Shown here: positions 7,542 to 15,394 of the stretch, one piece after another
How positions within the stretch are numbered: position 1 is the stretch's first letter
Layout of the letters: every line of letters starts with the position of its first letter
Virus record (IMG/VR): IMGVR_UViG_3300026078_000022
Coordinates: 1-64,000 of that record
DNA from: a virus
Length of the DNA: 64,000 bases
Direction: 5' to 3' (one strand)
Notes under the pieces: generated by a model
Database searches by the model: none
Told to the model about the DNA's origin: nothing
The model's input: only the letters and a program-made list of their open reading frames with translations
Made by a program: the position numbers and the translations under genes

Positions 7542-7634
7542 TTTAAAAGAACTTGTTTAAAATAAGGCCGGGACTAAAAATAATCCCGACTGAGATTCCC
7601 GTACTGATTGTGAGTGAGAAAGTTTATAAATACC

Positions 7635-7835
7635 TTATAAATTTAATACACCTTCACGTTCAAGATAAATATTTAATTCTTGAGCATTCTTTAATACAGC
7701 GAAAGCAGCTTCTGCCATTCTTCGTTTTGTCATTGGAGCAATCCACCCTAAATCATTATCGCTACATGTTTCAGTCTCTAAAAATTCTTCCATTTTGATT
7801 TCTAATTCATTCAAATAGTAATATTCGTTTACCAT
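7635..7835 (-). CDS. hypothetical protein
   Basis: 66 aa ORF. Confidence 0.6.
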   Translation of the reverse strand: MVNEYYYLNELEIKMEEFLETETCSDNDLGWIAPMTKRRMAEAAFAVLKNAQELNIYLEREGVLNL

Positions 7836-7843
7836 GTTATTTA

Positions 7844-8119
7844 TTATAGAAAGTTTTCAAATAGTTCTTCTGCGGTTAAATAAAGACCGTTATGATAAAA
7901 TCTTAACCCTACACGGGTTTTCATACATTCAACTTCATTATTACCCATATATTCTAAGAGTTCTAAACAGGTTAAGCGCATGTACTCGTCCAATGCATTT
8001 TTAATGGCTGATTCTACTGAACTTAATGGACAATTACCTTTTTTATATTGTTCAATAATATATAAAATTGGCGCGTAATCTTTTGTTCCTTTTTCTAATA
8101 TCGCATCTCTATCAGCCAT
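7844..8119 (-). CDS. hypothetical protein
   Basis: 91 aa ORF. Confidence 0.6.
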   Translation of the reverse strand: MADRDAILEKGTKDYAPILYIIEQYKKGNCPLSSVESAIKNALDEYMRLTCLELLEYMGNNEVECMKTRVGLRFYHNGLYLTAEELFENFL

Positions 8120-8333
8120 TGTTATTACCTTTTAATTGATTAATCCTTTGTTTAATTATAGCAGGCCAGTATGCTTGTGTTGAATTGATTTCAAGTAATG
8201 ATTCTAATTCTTTAACGACACAATTATGTACATATAACCTCGCTGCTACATCCATGTCTTTACATGTAATCATAACAGCGCCATTTTCAATAACACCACC
8301 ATTACTTCGTAATACATCAATTAAACTAAGCAT
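8112..8333 (-). CDS. hypothetical protein
   Basis: ORF 8112..8411, start reassigned to ATG 8333 (A-rich context). Confidence 0.5.
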   Translation of the reverse strand: MLSLIDVLRSNGGVIENGAVMITCKDMDVAARLYVHNCVVKELESLLEINSTQAYWPAIIKQRINQLKGNNNG

Positions 8334-8430
8334 TGTTATTTGTTTTATTTTGTATCCTATCTTTTTCATCGACAACCCCAATTGCATATCCAATAAATAA
8401 ACATGTAACAACTATTATTAATAGCAACAT
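8326..8430 (-). CDS. small single-TM peptide
   Basis: 34 aa MLLLIIVVTCLFIGYAIGVVDEKDRIQ..., fills the gap between genes. Confidence 0.4.
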   Translation of the reverse strand: MLLLIIVVTCLFIGYAIGVVDEKDRIQNKTNNNA

Positions 8431-8437
8431 ACGAGTA

Positions 8438-8671
8438 TTATTTAATTCGCCAAATTCGAATGCCGGTTTCTTCAGTACGGATAGTTATTTTTATTGGGTG
8501 TTTACTTTTCTTATTATAAGAATTAAGATTGCTGTACACACTATTTTTGGCTTCAACGCCTTCTATGAAGAAACTATCACCAACCTCATTTAATAAATCA
8601 AATCTATATTTTTTCCGTGGCCGTCCTGAACCAACGTTAACCGGTATTGGTATTTTCTTCGCTATCTTCAT
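8438..8671 (-). CDS. small basic phage DNA-binding protein
   Basis: IPIP..GRPRKKYRFDLLNEVGDSFFI..GIRIWRIK pattern; TATATTTG box just upstream of ATG 8671. Confidence 0.6.
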   Translation of the reverse strand: MKIAKKIPIPVNVGSGRPRKKYRFDLLNEVGDSFFIEGVEAKNSVYSNLNSYNKKSKHPIKITIRTEETGIRIWRIK

Positions 8672-8758
8672 AAGCAAATATAAACACACAATTCATATAA
8701 ACAAATATATTTTTCACACAATTAAATAAATACCCACTCCCACGGATATAAAACAAGA

Positions 8759-8797
8759 AAGCCGGTAGCAGATAGTAGTAGGTATCTGCCCCGGCTT
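8759..8797 (-). terminator. intrinsic terminator
   Basis: AAGCCGG..GCAGATA/TATCTGC..CCGGCTT hairpin with T-rich tail on minus strand. Confidence 0.55.
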
Positions 8798-8816
8798 ATC
8801 GAATTGTTTCTCTGAC

Positions 8817-9254
8817 TTATTTATCGAAATCTACAATCACGATAGAGTCTACATTATAAATCCTAGTTCTTTTGCCTTCAGCAAATATAAGGTCTACATC
8901 ATACTTGACCTTGCCAGAATAAAAATGAACAGCTAATATTTCGGCTGGCAAACCGATGTAAGGTATATCATGATCATCAGGGCGATCTTCAAATATCACC
9001 TTATCACCTACCTGAAAGCGGGATGGCAGAGATGGCCGCTTATTTTCATACTCGCTTTGAAATTTAATAAGATCAGGAATTGATATCTTTACTTCCCCGC
9101 TCATTAAGTGTTGGATAAATTCGGCCTCTGTAGAATAAAATTGGCGGTAATGTGTAAGCCTTTCAAAAAGGAATGATGTAAACATGATATTTATAGACTG
9201 CTTTGCCAGTCCTTGCATTAGATACGAATATACTAAATTTGGTCTATGAGACAA
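8817..9254 (-). CDS. hypothetical protein with C-terminal SH3/KOW-like domain (true start probably downstream)
   Basis: RFQVGDKVIF...AEILAVHF...VKYDV beta pattern. Confidence 0.6.
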   Translation of the reverse strand: MSHRPNLVYSYLMQGLAKQSINIMFTSFLFERLTHYRQFYSTEAEFIQHLMSGEVKISIPDLIKFQSEYENKRPSLPSRFQVGDKVIFEDRPDDHDIPYIGLPAEILAVHFYSGKVKYDVDLIFAEGKRTRIYNVDSIVIVDFDK

Positions 9255-9449
9255 CCGGGTGACATTATAAAACTTGAAGGCACCGGAGACTTCGCAAATA
9301 TGGAGTGCATTGTTATGGAAGTAGATCCTATTGACGGTCGCGTAACTAAAATGAAAGCAGCTATACCAGATGACCGATTAGGTAAAATGGGCTTTATTTT
9401 AGAGGGCGAAGATTGGGTTGCCGTCGAATGGGATATAAATATGAATTAA
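9246..9449 (+). CDS. hypothetical protein (isolated plus-strand gene)
   Basis: 67 aa; TAAATTTG -7 box immediately upstream of ATG. Confidence 0.55.
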   Translation: MRQPGDIIKLEGTGDFANMECIVMEVDPIDGRVTKMKAAIPDDRLGKMGFILEGEDWVAVEWDINMN

Positions 9450-9532
9450 GAACGTTTTCCTGAAATCAAGAAAACGCAAACAATACAACCCCCTACCTTG
9501 TGTGATATGACTTAAATCACACTACCTGACAT

Positions 9533-9574
9533 AAAAAAGCCCCGATACTGCTGATGCAATTCTAATCAGGGCTT
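9533..9574 (-). terminator. intrinsic terminator
   Basis: AAGCCC..GGGCTT stem with T6 on minus strand. Confidence 0.5.
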
Positions 9575-9599
9575 ATCGACAGAACTTATCAGGAAACTG

Positions 9600-9851
9600 T
9601 CAAACTATTAATGGATTAAATAATAAATATTGCTGGCCGCTGCCAAGTTCGATTTTACCAACTTCGGTGTCCCATTCATCTTCAGGAGCATCTATATCAA
9701 CATATGCGGTTTCTGAAGTATGAAGTATTTTGTCTTCATCGAAATCTTCCATTTCATAATGCCCACTTTCAGTTGTGGTTTCGCAGCGCCACCTCAGAGG
9801 CATATCATCCGGGTATTTGGCTAAATACAATTGCAATTCTTTGTTTGTCAT
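9600..9851 (-). CDS. hypothetical phage protein
   Basis: 83 aa, MTNKELQLYLAKYPDDM N-terminus. Confidence 0.65.
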   Translation of the reverse strand: MTNKELQLYLAKYPDDMPLRWRCETTTESGHYEMEDFDEDKILHTSETAYVDIDAPEDEWDTEVGKIELGSGQQYLLFNPLIV

Positions 9852-9872
9852 AATTGATAAGTTTTTGATGTT

Positions 9873-10097
9873 TTAAACAATAACACTGCTAAAATATTCT
9901 TTTAATATAACTTTAGCTTCCTCCCTATTAGGGGATTTACTTTTTGATGGCTTTATTTCCTTACTAACATATAGGGCATCAGTAGTTTTTTCATCTTCAA
10001 ACACAAACCATTTGCCAATACCATAACTATACTCTACTGTATAATGAGATTTCCAATCGAAAAATAAAAATCGCGCATGAACGCATACATAATCCAT
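9873..10097 (-). CDS. hypothetical protein
   Basis: 74 aa; shares 18-bp leader with 9600..9851. Confidence 0.55.
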   Translation of the reverse strand: MDYVCVHARFLFFDWKSHYTVEYSYGIGKWFVFEDEKTTDALYVSKEIKPSKSKSPNREEAKVILKEYFSSVIV

Positions 10098-10242
10098 AAT
10101 TGATAAGTTTTTTTAATAATTGTTTTAAAGAAAGCCCCAACTTCATTTTTAATGTAGTCATTGAAAAGTTTTTAATTGTTAATTAATGAACCCTAAAGAT
10201 AAATACAAATTGATTAATTTAGCAAAATTAAATTCATAAAAC

Positions 10243-10572
10243 ATGAAAACATTAGGGCAAACACTTAAAGAATCAAGGGAGTTAATATCATTAACATTAC
10301 GACAGGTTGAAGAAGCGGTTGGTATATCAAACGCTTATTTAAGTCAACTCGAAAACGATAAGATAAAAAAGCCATCAGCGGATGTGCTTTATAAATTATC
10401 TCATTTATATAAAATAGAAATGGAGACATTGCTTATTGCTGCTGGTATTGTAATCGAAGATCCAAAAGCAAAAATTGGTATTTTAAAAACAATAAATGCG
10501 AAAACAAAACTCACCCAGAAAGAAGAGCAACAATTGTTGGAATATCTTCGCTTTCTTCGATCCAATAAATAA
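10243..10572 (+). CDS. XRE-family helix-turn-helix transcriptional regulator
   Basis: LGQTLKESRELISLTLRQVEEAVGISNAYLSQLENDKIKKPS is a classic HTH_3 signature. Confidence 0.9.
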   Translation: MKTLGQTLKESRELISLTLRQVEEAVGISNAYLSQLENDKIKKPSADVLYKLSHLYKIEMETLLIAAGIVIEDPKAKIGILKTINAKTKLTQKEEQQLLEYLRFLRSNK

Positions 10573-10574
10573 TT

Positions 10575-11350
10575 GCACTATTTACACAATTACCCCCAAC
10601 TATAACCCTCTTACACCCTACCCCTATTCCACCAGATCCGGCAACTCAAAGGGGATTAAAAAAATATTTTCACCCGGGTAATTTTCCCAACAAGGGAATC
10701 CCTTAAACAGAAAGAAAGCAAAATCGCCGCGCCGCCCAATTCCAAAACTCAGACCAGCCAACAACCCGAACCCCCACCCGGGCCAATCAACCCAAAAACA
10801 GAACCCTTACTCTCATTTACCCCCAAGCGTAGATCGCGCATGCTATTTCGCATGCATAGGACGACCGCTTAAACCTACGTGCGTCCTCACAGGATATTCC
10901 TTTCCTGCTGTTCGTGTAGCCTTTGCACACCCTACGGGTTTTTGCAGGCCCGGCGCGGCGGCATGGGCATCGAAAAACTATAGCCTAGCCTGAAATTTCC
11001 GGGAAAAGGAATCCATTAATTGATTATCATATAGTTATGTTATGGTTTGCTGCGCTGATTATTGTTGTGATATACCGTTGTCAATTGCTTTTGATTTTTG
11101 CCCGGGTGTGAGTTTGTTAGCTGCGATTGTCTGCGTTGATGGGGCAATGGGCCTTTCTGTGTGGGATTGGGGCGCTATTGGCTTCCTATTGCGCTACAGG
11201 GGCATTGTGTGGGTTGTGGTGTAATGGTGTATTGCTGGTTAGTTCATTGGTTTTATTGTGGATCAATGTGTTATGGTATATGTATCAGGGGTATTGGGTA
11301 TATTTGAAATATTTGTTGGAATTTATTTGGAATATTATGGGGAGGGGATT
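10575..11350. other. non-coding skew-switch region with hairpin cluster (candidate origin or genome terminus/pac)
   Basis: C/A-rich 10580-10830, GC-rich inverted repeats 10838-11010, G/T-rich 11030-11350; lies at the transcription divergence. Confidence 0.45.
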
Positions 11351-11357
11351 ATCTTTG
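11325..11357 (+). promoter_or_regulatory. Bacteroidota sigma-A-type promoter for the early region
   Basis: TTTG (-33-like) upstream of TATCTTTG (TAnnTTTG -7 box) at 11350-11357. Confidence 0.55.
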
Positions 11358-11361
11358 ACTT

Positions 11362-11529
11362 ATGAAACAAACGCAACAATATCATATCGGAGATACACTT
11401 ACACTAGATAATGGTCGTACTGTTGTTATTCGTAAAGTGATAAATTCCATTATGTTACGTGTTAGTTATGGGTTCGATACCACTGGAAAAGATATTGTGG
11501 GCGTTATCCTTATTTCTATGATTAAATAA
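11362..11529 (+). CDS. small hypothetical early protein
   Basis: 55 aa MKQTQQYHIGDTLTLDNGRTVVIRKV..., below the ORF-track cutoff. Confidence 0.55.
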   Translation: MKQTQQYHIGDTLTLDNGRTVVIRKVINSIMLRVSYGFDTTGKDIVGVILISMIK

Positions 11530-11547
11530 CTATTAAACTGAAACAAT

Positions 11548-11712
11548 ATGAAATCAACACGATTCGATATGTTAGGTTATAAAAGAGAAGCTAACAAACA
11601 ATGGTCTTTCTATGACCTCGCTACAAATGCCTCCATTGGGCCAAAATATACATCTGAGCTAGAATTATTGGCCGATTTAAACAGATTCGCCACTGAACGC
11701 GGCTATAACTAA
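11548..11712 (+). CDS. small hypothetical early protein
   Basis: 54 aa MKSTRFDMLGYK...GPKYTSELELLADLNRFA. Confidence 0.55.
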   Translation: MKSTRFDMLGYKREANKQWSFYDLATNASIGPKYTSELELLADLNRFATERGYN

Positions 11713-11739
11713 TACAATAACCCTTTAAATACCTTGATT

Positions 11740-11958
11740 ATGAAACAGATAGATATTCAATTCAGCGGTTACGGCCATTTCAAAGTTACTACTACCTACA
11801 GAGGTAAAGAGTATAGCACTGTTACGACTAATACATTGGCTATTGATCGTTACAAAGATGACGAAACGGCTGCAACACGTGGTAAATTCTATAATACCCG
11901 AAATCAAGCTGCTACAGCATTGTACAATGAGATTAAAAGGGCTAATGGCCTGCAATAA
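11740..11958 (+). CDS. hypothetical phage protein
   Basis: GYGHFKVTTTYRGKEYSTVTTN ORF; ATG at 11740. Confidence 0.65.
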   Translation: MKQIDIQFSGYGHFKVTTTYRGKEYSTVTTNTLAIDRYKDDETAATRGKFYNTRNQAATALYNEIKRANGLQ

Positions 11959-12060
11959 TATTCGGGACGGTAAACAATAGGCACCAACCAGCCTACGCGG
12001 GAACTGCGAAAGTGCCAACCTTCGGGTTTAAATCTATTGATAACTATTCAATTTATTTTT

Positions 12061-12357
12061 ATGACAACAACAAAAATGACAAAGATTGACTTGCTGGCCG
12101 ATTGTATGGATGTCAACGGAATAGATATAACTTCAGAAACAATAATGGCAACAAGAAATCATTTTATTGATATTTCGAAAAGATGTATTTCTGATGCAAA
12201 AAGTGGGGAGGTTAGAGTTAATGATCTTGACAAATATGTAGAATGGCAAGAGCGCTCTATTGAAAGAACTAAACAAGGGGATAATGACCATACGTTAACT
12301 TTTTTACAGCATGCGTTGTGGTTACAAACTGGCGAATGCGTAGCTATCCTTCCGTAA
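12061..12357 (+). CDS. hypothetical phage protein
   Basis: ends TFLQHALWLQTGECVAILP; ATG at 12061. Confidence 0.65.
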   Translation: MTTTKMTKIDLLADCMDVNGIDITSETIMATRNHFIDISKRCISDAKSGEVRVNDLDKYVEWQERSIERTKQGDNDHTLTFLQHALWLQTGECVAILP

Positions 12358-12402
12358 CAACTATTAACTAATTACTATACACTATACCTTTAAATTTTTT
12401 TT

Positions 12403-12711
12403 ATGACAACAATACCTAAGACGCTCCATTACGATCAGTTGCCTAAGACCAATCTAATTGAATTAAAGGAAGGGGATAGTATTAGTCTGATTACCTATAA
12501 ATTACCAGACGGCGCAAAACATGATGAGAGTGATTATATCTATTCTCACGAAAGATTAGGCATAGTTAAATGGGTTAATTCTGACGGTGCATTTATGGCA
12601 GAAATGGAATCTGTTAGCGGTAAAGTCAAAAGAGATCATGTATTTACGGTTACGCAACTCAACCGCGTATGCTTTGCTGGAATGGCTCATGTACTTCATA
12701 AACTAAATTAA
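12403..12711 (+). CDS. hypothetical protein
   Basis: 102 aa ORF. Confidence 0.65.
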   Translation: MTTIPKTLHYDQLPKTNLIELKEGDSISLITYKLPDGAKHDESDYIYSHERLGIVKWVNSDGAFMAEMESVSGKVKRDHVFTVTQLNRVCFAGMAHVLHKLN

Positions 12712-12735
12712 TAAACATACTTAAACAACAACACA

Positions 12736-12858
12736 ATGAAAACTAATACAGTAATATACGAAACAGGCGCTATTAGCCATGCCGTTAATGATCTGATACT
12801 CTTTACTGATAACGCACTGAACGAATGGAATATTGTGTTGTTGTCATATAATGGCTGA
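12736..12858 (+). CDS. short ORF, possibly truncated gene
   Basis: 40 aa MKTNTVIYETGAISHAVNDLILFTDN..., good start context. Confidence 0.35.
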   Translation: MKTNTVIYETGAISHAVNDLILFTDNALNEWNIVLLSYNG

Positions 12859-12924
12859 AACTCTTGCACAACTCTAAAAAGGGGAGTAAGCCATTAATTT
12901 TAAATCTCTTAAACTGTATTAATT

Positions 12925-13101
12925 ATGCCAACTCAAAAAAGGTACTATATAAAAATAGAAACTGGCACTGATGATACTCAGGAATTAGCCGATATGTTAC
13001 GCCAAATCGCTATTCAATTAGAGGAAGGAATAGTAAAAGGATATTATCCTACATGGACTATAGAAACTGAAGAACACAATCCTGAAAATACTATGGATTA
13101 A
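12925..13101 (+). CDS. small hypothetical protein
   Basis: 58 aa ...ELADMLRQIAIQLEEG...GYYPTW. Confidence 0.55.
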   Translation: MPTQKRYYIKIETGTDDTQELADMLRQIAIQLEEGIVKGYYPTWTIETEEHNPENTMD

Positions 13102-13183
13102 ATAACAAGGACAAGGCCCGTTTGCCGGTATCGTGGTTTTAAACCGGCTCCCCTCCGGGATTAATTTTTTAAAATACTCTTGT

Positions 13184-13402
13184 ATGAATAAGAACCAAGT
13201 AATTCGCATATTTAAAAAATATGGATTTTCAGAAAATGATTACGAAAAAATATTCTTAGCCATGTCTGAAGTATTAGAGGCAGCGGCCCGTCAATTAGAG
13301 AAAGATGAACCATATGCCAAAATACCTATTGATAATTATTTATCAATGAGTACTGATTTATCTGATATGCAACAATTCATCATTAATAATAACCTCTATT
13401 AA
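13184..13402 (+). CDS. hypothetical protein
   Basis: ATG 13184 inside ORF 13133..13402; shares 15-bp leader with next gene. Confidence 0.6.
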   Translation: MNKNQVIRIFKKYGFSENDYEKIFLAMSEVLEAAARQLEKDEPYAKIPIDNYLSMSTDLSDMQQFIINNNLY

Positions 13403-13412
13403 ATACTCTTGT

Positions 13413-13595
13413 ATGCACGATTTAACTAATGCACAAAAACAAATAGTTGACCTCATTAGTGCAAAAGCTATTCATAAGGATGATAAAGGATATTATTACT
13501 TAGTGCCTGCAAAAACCCGCAGATCAGGTAAAATGCGCATAAGCGACAAAACAATTAATTATCTTAAAAAGTTAGAGCTATGGAAGATAAACTAA
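13413..13595 (+). CDS. hypothetical protein
   Basis: 60 aa basic ORF. Confidence 0.55.
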   Translation: MHDLTNAQKQIVDLISAKAIHKDDKGYYYLVPAKTRRSGKMRISDKTINYLKKLELWKIN

Positions 13596-13837
13596 AACAA
13601 GCCGCCTGCATTCATGCGGATGGCTGGCTAGTCCCAACATTGGGAGCAATTCGCGGAGCCTTTAAAGCTGGTGCAAAATGGCAAAATGAACAGGACATGG
13701 AACTCTTACAAAAAGCACTTACTTTGTTAGCTGATCTTAATGGCTCCTATTTCAAAGATGATGGAACCCCCGGTACTGAAGTATGGCGAAGGTCTAAGCA
13801 AATTCAGGAATTACTTTATAAACGTATAAATTCCTAA
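13580..13837 (+). CDS. hypothetical phage protein
   Basis: 85 aa with AFKAGAKWQ motif. Confidence 0.65.
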   Translation: MEDKLKQAACIHADGWLVPTLGAIRGAFKAGAKWQNEQDMELLQKALTLLADLNGSYFKDDGTPGTEVWRRSKQIQELLYKRINS

Positions 13838-13887
13838 CGACTGAACCACCACGAGACTGAGACGCAAACCCATAAAACCCATAATCT

Positions 13888-14007
13888 ATGCCTTTATACC
13901 CAGACGAAACCGTATTAAATGGTTATTCCGGAGGAATGGCTTTGTATATCCCTGATTGGGAATGTTTCGAAATATTATTTCCTGTAACTGTTTTAAATTA
14001 CAATTAA
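13888..14007 (+). CDS. short hypothetical ORF
   Basis: 39 aa filling intergenic gap. Confidence 0.3.
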   Translation: MPLYPDETVLNGYSGGMALYIPDWECFEILFPVTVLNYN

Positions 14008-14013
14008 CCAACA

Positions 14014-14217
14014 ATGAAAGTAATCAACATAAGAGACATCCATATAAACGACTGCACAATGGATACACAATGTGAACACTGTCAACACATAGACGTTGAT
14101 AAACATGCCTACAACGATTATAATTATATACATAATGTAGTTCCCGATAGGCACTGCCCTAATTGTGGTTTGAATGCTAAGGGCGAACTAAAAACAAATA
14201 ATTCACCTTTAAATTGA
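14014..14217 (+). CDS. Zn-ribbon protein
   Basis: CEHC...CPNCG. Confidence 0.65.
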   Translation: MKVINIRDIHINDCTMDTQCEHCQHIDVDKHAYNDYNYIHNVVPDRHCPNCGLNAKGELKTNNSPLN

Positions 14218-14221
14218 TTGT

Positions 14222-14422
14222 ATGACAATAAAATTCACAAAAACAATTGAACTCAGTGGCGATGTATGGTTTCGAATCTATGCGAATGATTCATGCGTTC
14301 GTGCGTTTATGGAAAGCGATGAAATGAAGGCCCAAGACTTTTATAACACTTTAATCGCTAATGCTGAAAAAGGCTTCCCTATTACTGAAGTATTAGCGTC
14401 ACAAGAAATACCTAATCTTTAA
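14222..14422 (+). CDS. hypothetical protein
   Basis: 66 aa ORF. Confidence 0.6.
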   Translation: MTIKFTKTIELSGDVWFRIYANDSCVRAFMESDEMKAQDFYNTLIANAEKGFPITEVLASQEIPNL

Positions 14423-14431
14423 AATTATTGT

Positions 14432-14653
14432 ATGCAATTAGAACTTATAAATTTAGGGCGCGATAAAGTCTGCCAAAAAATTGAAATGAAAAAGCTGACA
14501 TGGAATAAAATTATGAAGGAAGTTAAAAAACATTTGATGTCTAAATCTATAGATGTTGTGGAATCAGATGTGAGTGGAACTTATAATGTATATGTTGGCG
14601 GCTTCCGGGAAGTAGGGCAAATCAAATTAGACCCTCCTGACCTTTTTAAATAA
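14432..14653 (+). CDS. hypothetical phage protein
   Basis: 73 aa, LGRDK...KKHLMSK...VGGFREVG. Confidence 0.6.
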   Translation: MQLELINLGRDKVCQKIEMKKLTWNKIMKEVKKHLMSKSIDVVESDVSGTYNVYVGGFREVGQIKLDPPDLFK

Positions 14654-14686
14654 CTCTTTTATATAACCTTTAAAACTCAACTTAAC

Positions 14687-14995
14687 ATGAAAAGATTGCT
14701 TTTTAAATACCTCTTTCGTGTTCGATATGATACCGAAAAATTTAAACGATTCCGGGCATATGTGATTAATTTCTATGACCATTATGACCCCGAATATACT
14801 TTCTACTCTTATCGTATAACTAAGATTAGGATGTACGATTACCCGTCCTCTATTGTTATAGAAATTCATTCTTTGTCTCCGGGTATGATCATAGGGATAA
14901 AAGGGGAAACACTTGAAAGACTTAAATTCTTTTTTCAAGCCAGATACCTTAAACCAATAACTATAAAATTGGAAGAAACTAATCCTTTTAAATAA
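14687..14995 (+). CDS. type II KH-domain protein resembling the N-terminal domain of ribosomal protein uS3
   Basis: IVIEIHSLSPGMIIGIKGETLERLK..KPITIKLEE parallels uS3 [23 protein letters not shown]..KxVxINIxE. Confidence 0.7.
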   Translation: MKRLLFKYLFRVRYDTEKFKRFRAYVINFYDHYDPEYTFYSYRITKIRMYDYPSSIVIEIHSLSPGMIIGIKGETLERLKFFFQARYLKPITIKLEETNPFK

Positions 14996-15013
14996 CCTTT
15001 AAATTTTAACAAC

Positions 15014-15394
15014 ATGAAAAAATACTCAAAACAAATTGCAATCGTCGCTTTCGTTCTTATCGCTAATCTTTTAGCTTTTACACGCATACATGCGCAGCAA
15101 TTAGCAAAGCCAGATACATGGGTAAAAACATGGGCCGATACAGCTTCTCACAAAAGTGTCGCTCCTGAATTATTGGCCGATGAAACTACAATCACTTATC
15201 TAAAAAATGACGCTAAAATAGAATGCGATAATGAGGAAATAGCACAAAAAATCTTAAGGCGTTATGACCAGATAATTAAACGTGTTGTTTGGTCTTACAA
15301 AAAAGATCGTCACGGCGAATACAAACACTACATTATAGTAGTAGGCAAACAAGACGCTAACCTTATTGTAGAATGGGCAAAAACAAGTCTATGA
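15014..15394 (+). CDS. secreted hypothetical protein
   Basis: Sec signal MKKYSKQIAIVAFVLIANLLAFTRIHA|QQ. Confidence 0.65.
   Translation: MKKYSKQIAIVAFVLIANLLAFTRIHAQQLAKPDTWVKTWADTASHKSVAPELLADETTITYLKNDAKIECDNEEIAQKILRRYDQIIKRVVWSYKKDRHGEYKHYIIVVGKQDANLIVEWAKTSL

Larger units (their letters stand above)
7063..7554 (-). repeat. three AAGTTCTTT (boxA-like) spacers within the ncRNA array
   Basis: Copies at 7063-7071, 7210-7218, 7546-7554; 15-bp identity between 7204-7218 and 7540-7554. Confidence 0.7.

Noticed and set aside
7063-7554. CRISPR mini-array based on the repeated AAAGAACTT motif
   Set aside because: Repeats only 9-15 bp, irregular spacing (147 and 336 bp), structured spacers, no cas genes
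11042-11411. ORFs 11042..11224 and 11127..11411
   Set aside because: Products (W/G/V/L/C-rich) simply reflect the G/T-skewed non-coding DNA; they lie upstream of or across the early promoter
11470-11482. GGGTTCGATACC T-loop-like string
   Set aside because: Inside ORF 11362..11529 with no acceptor stem or cloverleaf
11978-12020. c-di-GMP-II riboswitch (GGCAC...AGTGC.AACC resemblance)
   Set aside because: Kink-turn and P1/P2 elements not found; similarity limited to two short words
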